The position numbers and the translations under genes are program-made. Shown piece by piece: positions 31,934-42,267 of a stretch of DNA of 64,000 nucleotides. The stretch's first letter is position 1. Every line of letters starts with the position of its first letter. This stretch comes from Nitrospirota bacterium (GTDB taxonomy: Bacteria > Nitrospirota > UBA9217). Under the pieces are notes generated by a model. The model made no database searches, was not told the origin of the DNA, and worked only from the letters and a program-made list of their open reading frames with translations. The DNA lies in assembly GCA_963790205.1 (NCBI GenBank), contig CAWBNQ010000002.1, forward strand, positions 32,001 through 96,000, written 5' to 3'.

Positions 31934-33031
31934 ATGAATGATCTTGACATAAAATATATGCGTATGGCGCTTCGGCTGGCGTCGAAGGCCAGAGGGCGGA
32001 CGAGTCCCAACCCCATGGTCGGCGCCGTCGTTGTAAAGGGCGGGGAAATCATCGGACGGGGGTATCATCGGCGCGCCGGCGAGCCGCATGCCGAAGCGAT
32101 CGCGCTCAAGAAGGCGGGCAGGGCCGCAAAAGGGGCCACGCTCTACGTGACGCTGGAGCCTTGCTCCCATACGGACAAACGAACGCCTCCCTGCACACCG
32201 CTTGTCATGCAGAGCGGGGTGCAGAGAGTTGTCGTGGCCATGATCGACCCCAATCCCCGCGTTTCCGGCAGAGGCATCAAAGCGCTGAGCTCGGCAGGGA
32301 TCGCGGTGGCGACCGGCGTTTTGGATGCTGAAGCAAAAAAAATAAACGAGGCTTTCATCAAACATATCACCAGAGGCGTGCCTTTCGTGACGCTCAAGAT
32401 AGCCCAGACCCTGGACGGGAAGATCGCGACGTCATCGGGAGCGTCAAAGTGGATCACGGGAGAGAAGGCGCGCGAAGAAGCGCACCGGCTTCGTGATTCT
32501 CATGACGCCATCCTCGCCGGCATCAACACGGTCCTCATGGATAATCCGTCGCTTACCACAAGGATCCCCGGGGGCAGAGACCCGGTCCGCGTGATCGTTG
32601 ACGGCAGATTGCGGCTCCCCGTCAACGCGAAGGTTGTGACTCAGAGCTCCCCGGCAAGAACGATGGTCGCAACGCTGAAGGGCGTGCCGAAAAGGAAAAT
32701 CAAAAAACTTCAGGACGCCGGCGTGGAAGTGCTCACGATCAAGAGCACGCATGGCCGGGTGGATTTGCGGGACCTCATGAAGGAACTCGGGAAGAGGGAT
32801 ATCATGTCCGTGCTTATCGAAGGCGGCGCGGAAATAAACGCATCGGCTTTGAAGGCAGGGCTGGTGGATAAGGTCGTGATGTTTCTCGCCCCCTTGCTCA
32901 TGACCGGCACGGATTCGCTCTGCTCGATCGGCGGGTCATCACCGGCCAGGCTCAGCCAGGCGCTCAAACTGCAGGATGTAACGGCAGAGTTTATCGGGAA
33001 GGATTTGATGGTCAAAGGGTATATAAGGTAA
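31934..33031 (+). CDS. ribD: riboflavin biosynthesis deaminase/reductase
   Basis: PNPMVGAV, HAE, TLEPC...PPC, TLDGKIA and IEGG motifs. Confidence 0.96.
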   Translation: MNDLDIKYMRMALRLASKARGRTSPNPMVGAVVVKGGEIIGRGYHRRAGEPHAEAIALKKAGRAAKGATLYVTLEPCSHTDKRTPPCTPLVMQSGVQRVVVAMIDPNPRVSGRGIKALSSAGIAVATGVLDAEAKKINEAFIKHITRGVPFVTLKIAQTLDGKIATSSGASKWITGEKAREEAHRLRDSHDAILAGINTVLMDNPSLTTRIPGGRDPVRVIVDGRLRLPVNAKVVTQSSPARTMVATLKGVPKRKIKKLQDAGVEVLTIKSTHGRVDLRDLMKELGKRDIMSVLIEGGAEINASALKAGLVDKVVMFLAPLLMTGTDSLCSIGGSSPARLSQALKLQDVTAEFIGKDLMVKGYIR

Positions 33032-33053
33032 TTTCCCCGCTTTGAATCCCCGA

Positions 33054-33641
33054 TCATTTCCCCATCAGCGTGAATATCCCGGTCCTCATCATCTTCACGG
33101 CAAAGGCCGCCAGGATCAGTGATATGACCTTGGCAAAGGCGCGCGAACCGCTGATTCCGATGATGCTGATGATTCGCTCCGCCTGCGCCAGAATGAGCCA
33201 GGCGAGCAGCAGGTTTACGATGAGGGCAAGGAAGACGGGGAAGTAACCGTGGTTGCCGACCAGGACCAGGGCGGTCGTAATCATGGCAGGCCCGGCAATG
33301 AGCGGCGTACCCATCGGCACCACGCCGAATTCGGCGCTCCGCGGCATTTTCTTCTCGCCGGCCTGGAGAATGTCGTTGATGGCGATGATCAGGAGGATCA
33401 CGCCGCCGGCGATCATGAAGTCCTCGACCAGGATGCCGAGGGCCTTGAATACGGCCCTCCCCAGCAGGACAAAGCCGACGGTCACCAGAAACGCCGTCAG
33501 AATGGACTGGCGGACGACCTTCCGGCGCTCCTGCTTTTTCATCCCCTCGGTCATTCCCACATAGAGCGGCAGGGTACCCGGCGCATCCAGCGCGACCATG
33601 ATGGGGATCAAACTCATTAGAAACGATTGCAGGCTGTCCAT
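33054..33641 (-). CDS. MarC family membrane protein
   Basis: Six hydrophobic segments; VPMGTPLIAGP. Confidence 0.88.
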   Translation of the reverse strand: MDSLQSFLMSLIPIMVALDAPGTLPLYVGMTEGMKKQERRKVVRQSILTAFLVTVGFVLLGRAVFKALGILVEDFMIAGGVILLIIAINDILQAGEKKMPRSAEFGVVPMGTPLIAGPAMITTALVLVGNHGYFPVFLALIVNLLLAWLILAQAERIISIIGISGSRAFAKVISLILAAFAVKMMRTGIFTLMGK

Positions 33642-33863
33642 ATGCGTTTCTCCCGAGAAAAGTATAGTCGATATCCACCGGCATGTCCAGCCTTAAGTAT
33701 CTTGCCTTGAGCGGCGGATGAACACAAGGAAGATATCAAAAGATGTGCAGGACACAAATGCAGCCTGATCTTTGCCGACAGCAGCGGCGGATTCTTTGAG
33801 GTTGTTCCGCGAATACCGGAAGTCTGCTCTGATTCCGGCACGTCGGCATCATGCTCTTCTAAA

Positions 33864-33900
33864 CGAAAGAGAGGCGTCCCTGCAGGACGCCTCTCTTTCG
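33864..33900. terminator. stem-loop terminator after the cytochrome cluster
   Basis: CGAAAGAGAGGCGTCC-CTGCA-GGACGCCTCTCTTTCG, perfect 16-bp stem. Confidence 0.8.
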
Positions 33901-33937
33901 TTGTTTATTGATCAGGGACATCAAATATCGATGGTCA

Positions 33938-34570
33938 TCACGGCGGCCAGGAATGACAGGTGCCATTGCAGTGGGGACCGCTCAGACCGTTCCATACGTC
34001 GACGGTCAGCGAGGGCAGCCCGTGGCAATAACCATTCTGACACAGGAGCGTTCCGTTGGCAGCAGCGTAGGCCATACTGGGATCGTCGACAGAGGAGCCG
34101 GTGCCCCACGAAAGGATATGAACACTCGTCGGGCCCTCCATGTGACAATTAATGCAGGCGATATGGGAGCCGCCCCCCAGGTAGTCGGCGCCGTGACATT
34201 TTGCGCAGTTGGTCCCCGAAAGAAAATCAGTCTTGTGATAGGGGGCGGTTGATGTCGCCGAGAGCGGCACCACCCATCCGGGATTCGGATGGTTCAGCCC
34301 CGGGCCGTTATGGCAATCGTAGCAGGAAACCACGGCGATACCGTTGCGGTAGTTCTGGCCGTGGCACTCTTTGCAGACGCTGAAATCCTGCTCGGCAACG
34401 ACCCCGTGTACGATCGGCGACCCCGACATCCAGTTCGCGGCATGTTTTCCCGTGTCGGGATCGATCAATGAATCCGAATTCGGACTGCTGCAGCCGAAGA
34501 GAACTATGCATGCCCCAAGCGAAACGTTCAGGAGGGCCATCTTCTTAGTTATCGGTGACATACTTTGCAC
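33938..34570 (-). CDS. multiheme c-type cytochrome lipoprotein (up to 6 hemes; ExtD-like)
   Basis: Lipobox LFGC; four CxxCH plus CQNGYCH and CNGTCH. Confidence 0.85.
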   Translation of the reverse strand: MQSMSPITKKMALLNVSLGACIVLFGCSSPNSDSLIDPDTGKHAANWMSGSPIVHGVVAEQDFSVCKECHGQNYRNGIAVVSCYDCHNGPGLNHPNPGWVVPLSATSTAPYHKTDFLSGTNCAKCHGADYLGGGSHIACINCHMEGPTSVHILSWGTGSSVDDPSMAYAAANGTLLCQNGYCHGLPSLTVDVWNGLSGPHCNGTCHSWPP

Positions 34571-34995
34571 CTCTCATTGTTCTGACGGCCGTGGCAGGGA
34601 AAGCATGAGGCGGGGTTGAGCCTGCCGTCGATCTTGTGCTGGGTGATGTAGTCCCCCCGGTGGGGCATGGCCATCTCAGGGGAATCCTTATACTTGTCGC
34701 TCGGCTTGAGCTCTTCCTTGTTCGCGTGGCAATCGGCGCAGAAGGATTCCTGGTGGCAGAGCAGGCACGTTTGTCTCCTTTGAGAAGCGTAGAACCGGTG
34801 ACGCGTGCCGTAGTCCGCGGTATGACTGAGCGCCGAGCGCCAGTCCGTATGGCAGTTGCTGCAGAGAGGCATTTTCCCCACTTCCACCGGATGCTTTGTC
34901 GCCATGCTCGCCGTCTGAGCGCAGGCGAAGATCGCGAGACTGAACGCGCCTGCGAGCAGGACCAGTGCAAGGAGCTTATGATAGCCGTTGTTCAT
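34549..34995 (-). CDS. pentaheme c-type cytochrome lipoprotein (ExtC-like)
   Basis: Lipobox IFAC; CSNCH, CLLCH, CADCH, CFPCH and CKVCH. Confidence 0.9.
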   Translation of the reverse strand: MNNGYHKLLALVLLAGAFSLAIFACAQTASMATKHPVEVGKMPLCSNCHTDWRSALSHTADYGTRHRFYASQRRQTCLLCHQESFCADCHANKEELKPSDKYKDSPEMAMPHRGDYITQHKIDGRLNPASCFPCHGRQNNERCKVCHR

Positions 34996-36263
34996 GGTTT
35001 GTTCCCTCCCGCGGCCGGGGGCAGATAGTCGAAATTGTAGACAAGCTTCACGAGCCCCCGCACGTCCTTGGTGAAATAAGGATCCTTCAAATACTCCACA
35101 TCAGCGCCGATCTTGAGCTTCCTCGTCAGAGAATAGCCACCGGCGAACGAAGCTGAGTATGCGTTCTTTACGTCGTTTATCTCGGCATCGTAGGTAACGG
35201 TGAGAAGGTCGACGGCAACATCGGTTTTCTCGAATTTTTTATAGGCATACGCCCGGTACTCATAGTACCGCAACTTGTCCGTCTGGCCGTCCATGCGGTG
35301 GGCCGCGGCGCCGGCGCCCACGCCGGATGAGCCGGCATAGGCAAGCCTGCCGCCGTAATAGTCGGCATCGCCTTCGATAAGGTAACGGTACTTCTTGTAG
35401 TCCGCTGAAAAAACGAGCGCGCCGAAAGCGAGCGAGGCCTCTTCGCCGATGGTGGTGAGCTTGTCATTCGGATCAACGGGCCCCCCCGGTTGGAGCTGGA
35501 AGGCGCTCACGGTGGGTGACGTGAAGAAATCCTTGTACTGTATTTTCGTAAACTCGGTGCGAAGCGTGAGTATGCCGAAAGGACCGAGAATGAGATTGTA
35601 AGCGTGCCGCGCGACCGAGGAGGTGGTCGCATTGTAGAGCGTTGTCCCGATCAGTTCGACCTTGTCCAGGGGCCGGAACCAGAGGTCGAGCCCCTCTTCC
35701 TTTCTGAAGTCCGTTCTGTCGTTTCGCTCCCGAAGGTACGACACTCCGATGCAGTATATGCCGTACGCTCCCTGGCTGATTCGTCCTCCGTATACGGAAT
35801 CGCCGGTCCGCGTGTCGAACGCGGTCTCGACGGGGACGCCTCCGAAGGCCGATATGCCGAACCCGTATTTGAGGTCCATGCCCGCGGACGCGCCGTCCAC
35901 CTGTTCGAATGCGACGCCCTGGTTCACCGCCACCCTGCCGAGATTGAGGAACGCATTGGCAATGTCCGCGCGGTAGCCGAGGTATGCATACTGAAGGTCG
36001 CCCGTCGATTTGGTGCCGAAGCTCTCGTTCTTAAGATCGTGCCGGTACCAGCCGCCGAAATGGAAAGACAGGTTCTTGCTGCCGAGGTCGTCGGCATTGA
36101 AGTTGAGGTACTCGAAGAGCGGCATGAGCCGCGTCGAGTCGAATTCCTGGCGGGACTGGAGATACGTGGCGGATTGCCCCGATACGTCGAGGGCCAGTGC
36201 CTCCGTCGAAAAACAGGGCAGGAGCATCGCAAACACCGGGAGAGTTAGTCGGAAGATTCGCAT
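34992..36263 (-). CDS. outer-membrane beta-barrel, porin of a porin-cytochrome complex (ExtB-like)
   Basis: Signal peptide, Tyr/Gly-rich alternating beta strands, near-terminal YNF; translationally coupled to the cytochrome genes. Confidence 0.75.
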   Translation of the reverse strand: MRIFRLTLPVFAMLLPCFSTEALALDVSGQSATYLQSRQEFDSTRLMPLFEYLNFNADDLGSKNLSFHFGGWYRHDLKNESFGTKSTGDLQYAYLGYRADIANAFLNLGRVAVNQGVAFEQVDGASAGMDLKYGFGISAFGGVPVETAFDTRTGDSVYGGRISQGAYGIYCIGVSYLRERNDRTDFRKEEGLDLWFRPLDKVELIGTTLYNATTSSVARHAYNLILGPFGILTLRTEFTKIQYKDFFTSPTVSAFQLQPGGPVDPNDKLTTIGEEASLAFGALVFSADYKKYRYLIEGDADYYGGRLAYAGSSGVGAGAAAHRMDGQTDKLRYYEYRAYAYKKFEKTDVAVDLLTVTYDAEINDVKNAYSASFAGGYSLTRKLKIGADVEYLKDPYFTKDVRGLVKLVYNFDYLPPAAGGNKP

Positions 36264-36480
36264 GAAGGTCTCCTTGGCCAGGAATTGGTGAAAAGTCTTG
36301 CTGGATTTAACTACTATGCTTGGAGTGCTGAAAATGAAAAAAGGTACTGTGATTTTTACTGCAGTGAGAACTTACCCCGTTGCTCTTTCGGATCAGGTTT
36401 TTTCGAGTACGCGATGGCCACGAAAAACTGCGTCAGTTATATCATAGCAAGGAGATCTCCTGCGGGCAGGAGAAAACCTG

Positions 36481-37941
36481 CTAGGACTCTATCTGGTCCA
36501 GCACCTTCGTTATCCGGTGGAGCTCCTTCCAGCGCTGGTACCGTTTTTCCGCGCCTGCATTCTGCCTCGGCGTAACAATCTCGACGGGCAGCGCCATCCT
36601 TTTGATGTCCGCCGGGGTCCATGCGCCCTGCGACAGGCCCGCGAGCAGCGCCGCGCCGAGGGCCGAGACTTCCTGTTCAGCGCCTGCCAGCAGTTCCTTG
36701 CCGAGGATGTCGGCTTGTATTTGCGCCAGATAGCTGAGCGAGGAGAGGCCCCCGGAAATCGCAAAAGAAGCGGGCTCGAATCCCGCGGCCCGGATCTCGT
36801 CCGCGATGTCTTTCATGAAGAACGCAATGTTTTCCACGGTTCCGCGGATGATATCTCCGAACGTGCTTGCCGCCGTCAGGCCGTGGAGAGAGGTCGAGAT
36901 CGCGCTCTCCCAGTGCGGCGCGCCGGTGCCGTTCAACCCGATGAACGCCACGACGTCGGTGCTCGCCTCCCAGCAGAGATCGTCAAGTTCGGCGTAATCT
37001 GAAAAGAGGCGTATTTTATTCCTGAGCCACTCGAACGCGTCACCGACTGCGTTCACGCTTCCCTCGAGCAGATAATGCCGTGCCGTCTCGGTAGAATAGT
37101 GCAGGGACGCCATTAACCCCTTCGCAGGCGAGAGCCTTGGCCCCGTGTTCACCATGAGGAACCCGCCGGTGCCGTAGTTGATGCCGCCGTCGCCCTGTGC
37201 CACGACGCCGCGGCCGAGCATCGCGGCCTGCTGGTCGCCGATACAAGCCAGGAGGGGCACCTCGCCTGCCGCGGTTTGAACGACGCCGAAATTCATCGCC
37301 GTCGGACGGAGTTCGGGAAGCCTGATGCCGGAAAGTCCGAAGAGCTCCAGGAGCTTCGGGTCCCAGTCGAGCGAACGGATGTTCATGAGCTGCGTGCGCG
37401 CGGCGTTGGTATGGTCGATCGTTGCGCGGCGGCTTCCGGTAACACGCTGCGTCAGGAAACTGCTGAGCGTGCCGAATACGACCGGGGCTGTTCGCGCTTC
37501 GGGAACAGTGTCCTTGAGCCAGCGGAACTTCGATGCCGAATAGTAGGGGGTGAGCGGGAGGCCCGTGGCCTCGAAAACGGCTGCCGCGTCCGAGGCCCGC
37601 TGCTGCACGAGCTCGAGCCCCCGCGTGTCCCGCCAGCTTAAGACCGGGGACAGCGGCTCGCCGGTGGCTTCGTTCCAGATAAGACAGGAGGAACGCTGAC
37701 AGGACAGCCCCATGCCGCGGGGAGTGAAGCCCGACGCTTGCAGGGACAGGACAGCTTCGTTCAGCGCGTCCTGGACGCTCTTCAGGATCTCAAGAGGGTC
37801 ATGCTCGATGCGGGCCCCGTCCCGGATCGGGGAGAGGAGCGCTTTTTTTGTCCGGAACAGGACCTGTCCCTCCGTGCTCATGACGAGCGCCTTGGTCGAG
37901 CTGCTGCCCTGGTCAATGCCTATAAAGCAATCATCGGACAT
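36481..37941 (-). CDS. FGGY-family carbohydrate kinase (glycerol kinase-like)
   Basis: IDQGSSSTKA, TNAARTQLMN, GDQQAA, NYGTGGF and GAPHW motifs. Confidence 0.9.
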   Translation of the reverse strand: MSDDCFIGIDQGSSSTKALVMSTEGQVLFRTKKALLSPIRDGARIEHDPLEILKSVQDALNEAVLSLQASGFTPRGMGLSCQRSSCLIWNEATGEPLSPVLSWRDTRGLELVQQRASDAAAVFEATGLPLTPYYSASKFRWLKDTVPEARTAPVVFGTLSSFLTQRVTGSRRATIDHTNAARTQLMNIRSLDWDPKLLELFGLSGIRLPELRPTAMNFGVVQTAAGEVPLLACIGDQQAAMLGRGVVAQGDGGINYGTGGFLMVNTGPRLSPAKGLMASLHYSTETARHYLLEGSVNAVGDAFEWLRNKIRLFSDYAELDDLCWEASTDVVAFIGLNGTGAPHWESAISTSLHGLTAASTFGDIIRGTVENIAFFMKDIADEIRAAGFEPASFAISGGLSSLSYLAQIQADILGKELLAGAEQEVSALGAALLAGLSQGAWTPADIKRMALPVEIVTPRQNAGAEKRYQRWKELHRITKVLDQIES

Positions 37942-38253
37942 CGTTTCACCTGTCTGTTCTTCACTCGATCCGTCTGAACGGGCGGGCATGAAAGCCAATG
38001 CTTATAGTGTACACGCTCGCCTGGCTGACGTCAAATACCGGACCGCAGGGGCGGGACAATTGCTGTTCTGTCTGATAGAATATTCCTATCTATCCCGTTT
38101 GACCCCATTGTTATTAGCAATTTGACTCACTTCACGGTACGCGGTATTCTCTGAAAAAAGGGAACGACCAGGGCCGGTCAGGCAAGCGCGTTTGCGCCTG
38201 TGCCCGGCCCGGACCAGAGCAAATACGAAAAAACGAAGCAGGAGGAGATGTTC

Positions 38254-39306
38254 ATGGCAGGAGAAAAAGAATTGCGGGAGGGTTTCAAGCTGACATCGAT
38301 GAGCCACGGCGCCGGCTGAGCCTGCAAGCTGGGGCCAAAGGTTTTGGCCCAAATCCTCGAGTCGCTGCCCGCCATAACCGATCCCCGGGTGCTGACCGGG
38401 ACCGAAGACGATGCCGGGGTCTACAAGCTCACCGACGATATTGCCATGGTGCAGACCGTGGATTTTTTTACTCCCATTGTCGATGATCCGTACGACTTCG
38501 GGGCAATTGCGGCGGCAAACGCTCTGTCCGACATTTACGCTATGGGCGCCAAACCCCTGACTGCCTTGAACCTCGTGGCTTTTCCCAAGGACGGGCCCAT
38601 CGAATTCCTGGGTGAGATCATGCGCGGCGGTGCGGAAAAGGCGCGGGAAGCGGGCGTGAGCATCATCGGCGGGCACTCGATCGACGACAGGGAACCCAAG
38701 TACGGGATGGCCGTGACCGGCATCATCCATCCCGACAAAATCGTGCAGAAGAACGGCGCGCGGGCCGGCAACGCGCTTGTACTGACCAAGCCGCTCGGAA
38801 CCGGCATCATCTCGACCGCGATCAAGATGGGCAGGGCCTCTAACGAAATGATCGCGATCGCGACGGGCGCCATGAAGACCCTGAACAAAGGGGCCTCCGA
38901 TGCCATGGCCGAGGCCGGGGTCAGGGGCGCGACGGACATTACCGGGTTCGGCCTGCTGGGCCACCTGCACGAGATGCTCCATCGAAGTTGCGTGAGCGGA
39001 CGCCTGAAATTGTCGGAGGTCCCCTTTATTCCCGGCGTGCGCGAGCTGGCACAATTCAGCGTTCCCGGCGGCACGAGGGCGAACCTCAGGCACGTGAACG
39101 ATAAGGCGGTCTGGGGCGAGGGGATCACCGAGGACGATAAGCTGATGCTCAGCGACGCGCAGACCTCGGGCGGACTCCTGATCGCCGTTTCTCCGGACAA
39201 ACTCGACGCGCTCCTGGCAGGGCTCAAAGCGCATGGCGTGGAGACCCGGGCAGTGATCGGCGAAGTCATTGCGGGCGAGGCCGGCAAGATCTTCGTCGAA
39301 CGATAG
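38254..39306 (+). CDS. selD: selenide, water dikinase; selenoprotein with in-frame UGA (Sec22)
   Basis: ATG 38254 with GGAGGAG RBS; reads HGAG-U-ACK with TGA at 38317-38319; DDAGVY, TVDFF, NALSDIYAMG, DITGFGLLGH and DAQTSGGLL motifs. Confidence 0.95.
38332..38350 (+). promoter_or_regulatory. bacterial SECIS-like hairpin
   Basis: GGGCCAAA-GGT-TTTGGCCC starting 12 nt after the UGA, with G in the apical loop. Confidence 0.75.
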
Positions 39307-39586
39307 GGGTATTCGGAACGACAGGGAACACAAAAAAATACAGGATCATGAACTTGCAAAAAGACGTATCAGGAAACCAGGGATACTTTTCTTTTTCCGC
39401 ACCGCCGCTTACAGGTCCCCGTGCAGGCATGCCACTGAGGTCCATTCCGAATATCGAATCTCTCAATACGAAGTTTGTTTAGGATTTCGTTATTTGGATC
39501 TGCGGTCTGATCGGGATGCAGGGGGGCTGGGGGGAAAATACTGGATCTTGAATCGAGGAGCAAGGCGGCAGCCGTTCCGAATGAGG

Positions 39587-40330
39587 TTACAGGTCCTTCT
39601 TCCTGGCTTTGAGGTTCTTGATCTGGCGGTTGGAGGGATTGTCGGTAAAAAGCAGCGCGCCGTCTGCGCCGTAACCCATGTAGATGGTATATCGCGGGAC
39701 GAACGACCCGTTCCCGTTGTTGTAAATCCTCAATATCCGCTTTACGTAGTTCTGCGTTTCCTTGAAGGGCGGGACCGTGCCCCACCGTTTGACCGCTGTC
39801 TCGCCCGAGTTGTATGCCGCCAGCGCGAGGGACAGGTTGCCCTCGTACCGGTCGATCAAATACCGCAGATATTTGACCCCGCCGTCGATGTTCTCGGCAG
39901 GATTGAACGAATTTTTGATGTTCATGTTCACCGCGGTCTGCGGCATGAGCTGCATCAAACCCTTGGCGCCTTTCCGGGACAGGGCATAGGGGTTAAAGTC
40001 CGACTCCACCTTGACGATGGCGTGCACGAGGGAGGGATCAATGCCGTGGCGATTGCAGGCGCTGTTGATGATGTCGAGGTAGGCAGCGGGGATGTTCATC
40101 GAGGATGACGGGGCGGACGCCGCCGGTGCGGCCTTCGGCAGAGCCGCGGCTTCGCGGTGTCTCTCCGGCTCCGGGCTGACCCGCTTGTGGTTTTTGCCGC
40201 CGACGTTCACATTGGTGAAGTGCAGCACGCCGTTCTCGTCGATGTACTGGTAGATGTCCGCCTTGGCAGGCAGAACGGGAACGCAAACGAACAGAGCAAG
40301 CGCCAGAATAATCGTTATTTCGCGTTTCAT
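39587..40330 (-). CDS. lytic transglycosylase (SLT) with DUF4124-like N-terminus
   Basis: IKVES-type catalytic Glu (VKVESDF), GAKGLMQLMP, AAYNSG and ETQNYV. Confidence 0.92.
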   Translation of the reverse strand: MKREITIILALALFVCVPVLPAKADIYQYIDENGVLHFTNVNVGGKNHKRVSPEPERHREAAALPKAAPAASAPSSSMNIPAAYLDIINSACNRHGIDPSLVHAIVKVESDFNPYALSRKGAKGLMQLMPQTAVNMNIKNSFNPAENIDGGVKYLRYLIDRYEGNLSLALAAYNSGETAVKRWGTVPPFKETQNYVKRILRIYNNGNGSFVPRYTIYMGYGADGALLFTDNPSNRQIKNLKARKKDL

Positions 40331-40539
40331 TCACGACCTCGCGGGCTTTCCAGCATATCCTCTGAAACCTTAGTATAAGTATATATTAATTAAAAAGACC
40401 TTGTCAACAGAAGATTGATTTTCGACGCGCCTGGGGGAAAAGACCGCCTGACCCACAAAAGAATAAGTATTGACAGGAATAGGCTGTTCTGCTACTCTCT
40501 AGCTTCGTATATCTCTGTGAAATCAAGGGGGAATATTCA

Positions 40540-42009
40540 ATGGTACGTCGCACCGCGCTTATTCTAGCAGTCATTTTATGTTTACCGACAGGTTTCGCAT
40601 TGTCCGCTGTCAAGAAAACAAGCGGCCACCCGAAGAGGGCAGCCGTTGATAGGCGGCCTCCCGTGGTGGACGTCAGCTCCAGCCTGGTTCCGGCGAACGG
40701 AGGCCTGATAAATAACTCTAGGCCGGCGATCTCCGCCGAGTATGTGGATGAGGGCATCGGCGTCAGCACGACGGATACCAAATTGTATGTTGACGAGCAG
40801 GATGTCTCCTCATCCGCGCAGATCACGTCAAGCAAGATTATATATACCCCGGCCAACCCGCTCGCGGACGGCACACACAAGATCAAGCTCAATGTGACGG
40901 ACAAGGCGGGCAACGCATCGACGATCCAGTGGTCCTTCACCATCCGCACCCAGCCTCCGCAGGTAAAGATCACGTCGCACAAGCCGAACCAGTTTGTGAA
41001 CAAATCGCCGGTTGTGGTCAGCGGTACGGTAAACGATCCGCGGGCCCGCATCGTGGTGAACGGCATCAACGCCTCCGTTTCCGGGGGCGCCTTTACCGCC
41101 CGGGTCAACCTTGTTGAAGGCAATAACGTGATCACGGCAACCGCTACCGACGTATTCGGCAACACGGGCACTGACGCGGTCACGATCATTGTGGATACCA
41201 AGCCGCCGATGGTGGACATCACCTCGCCCTCGGCGGGCAGCCTCCTCAACACCAGACTGGTGACGGTCACCGGTCTTACCGACAAGAACACGGGGTCGGT
41301 AGTGGTCAGCACGCGGGGAGGGGAGAGCACGACGGCCGTCTTAAACGCCGGCAGCTTTACCGCCAAGGACGTTAAACTCCAGGAAGGCCCGAACATCATC
41401 ACCGTGCGGGCACTGAGCCAGGCCGGCAACGCGGGCACGGCATTGGTCAGGGTGACGGTGGACTCTGTTGCGCCGAAGCTCGCGATCACGGCGCCCAGGG
41501 ACATGACGGTCACGAACAAAAAGATGATTGCCGTGAGCGGCAGGGTGGACAAGCCGTCGGCCCTCGTAAAGGTCAACAACACGCCGGTACATGTATCAAG
41601 GGGCCTATTCACGCTTTCGAGCCTGAACCTGTCCGAGGGGAACAATACCATCACGGTGACCGCCGTTGACCGCGCCGGAAACGAGGCGAAACAGGCCGTC
41701 GTTACGGTGGTGCTCGATACCACGCCGCCTGCGCCGCCTTCCCTGGCCCCGCTGCCGCCGCTTACGAGGAATTCTCCGGTAACTGTTTCGGGCAGCACTG
41801 AACCAGGCGCAAAGGTGGAGATTTTCGTGAACAGCACGGTACAGGGGTCGCTCAAGGCCGATGAAAAGGGCGCTTTCTCATACAAGATCGGCCTGACCGA
41901 GGGCAACAATGCGATATCGGCAGTGGCCTACGATGCGCCAGGCAACGCCAGCGCCTCGTCAGCGGTCGTGAACGTGTTTTTGGATACGAAGCCGCCGAGG
42001 ATTCTCTAG
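40540..42009 (+). CDS. secreted protein with tandem Ig-like domains
   Basis: Signal peptide; repeated L.EG.N.I.V.A.D.AGN...V.LDT.PP units. Confidence 0.85.
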   Translation: MVRRTALILAVILCLPTGFALSAVKKTSGHPKRAAVDRRPPVVDVSSSLVPANGGLINNSRPAISAEYVDEGIGVSTTDTKLYVDEQDVSSSAQITSSKIIYTPANPLADGTHKIKLNVTDKAGNASTIQWSFTIRTQPPQVKITSHKPNQFVNKSPVVVSGTVNDPRARIVVNGINASVSGGAFTARVNLVEGNNVITATATDVFGNTGTDAVTIIVDTKPPMVDITSPSAGSLLNTRLVTVTGLTDKNTGSVVVSTRGGESTTAVLNAGSFTAKDVKLQEGPNIITVRALSQAGNAGTALVRVTVDSVAPKLAITAPRDMTVTNKKMIAVSGRVDKPSALVKVNNTPVHVSRGLFTLSSLNLSEGNNTITVTAVDRAGNEAKQAVVTVVLDTTPPAPPSLAPLPPLTRNSPVTVSGSTEPGAKVEIFVNSTVQGSLKADEKGAFSYKIGLTEGNNAISAVAYDAPGNASASSAVVNVFLDTKPPRIL

Positions 42010-42026
42010 GAACGAGGAAAATTTCC

Positions 42027-42055
42027 TTGACATCGGGGTGGTTGTGCTTTAGTAT
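42027..42055 (+). promoter_or_regulatory. tRNA promoter
   Basis: TTGACA-N17-TAGTAT just upstream of the tRNA. Confidence 0.7.
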
Positions 42056-42066
42056 GCATTTCTCAT

Positions 42067-42143
<77 letters not shown>

Positions 42144-42152
42144 ACCTACTCC

Positions 42153-42184
42153 AAGGGGCTGCAGACAAACTGCAGCCCCTTTTT
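42153..42184 (+). terminator. rho-independent terminator
   Basis: AAGGGGCTGCAG-loop-CTGCAGCCCCTT followed by T run. Confidence 0.85.
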
Positions 42185-42267
42185 CTATTTCTCTGGTTCC
42201 CGGGCGCGTTCCTGGGCAGGGGAGCGGCATGGTTGCCGACATTCCAGGCAGGACGAGGAGCAGGAGC

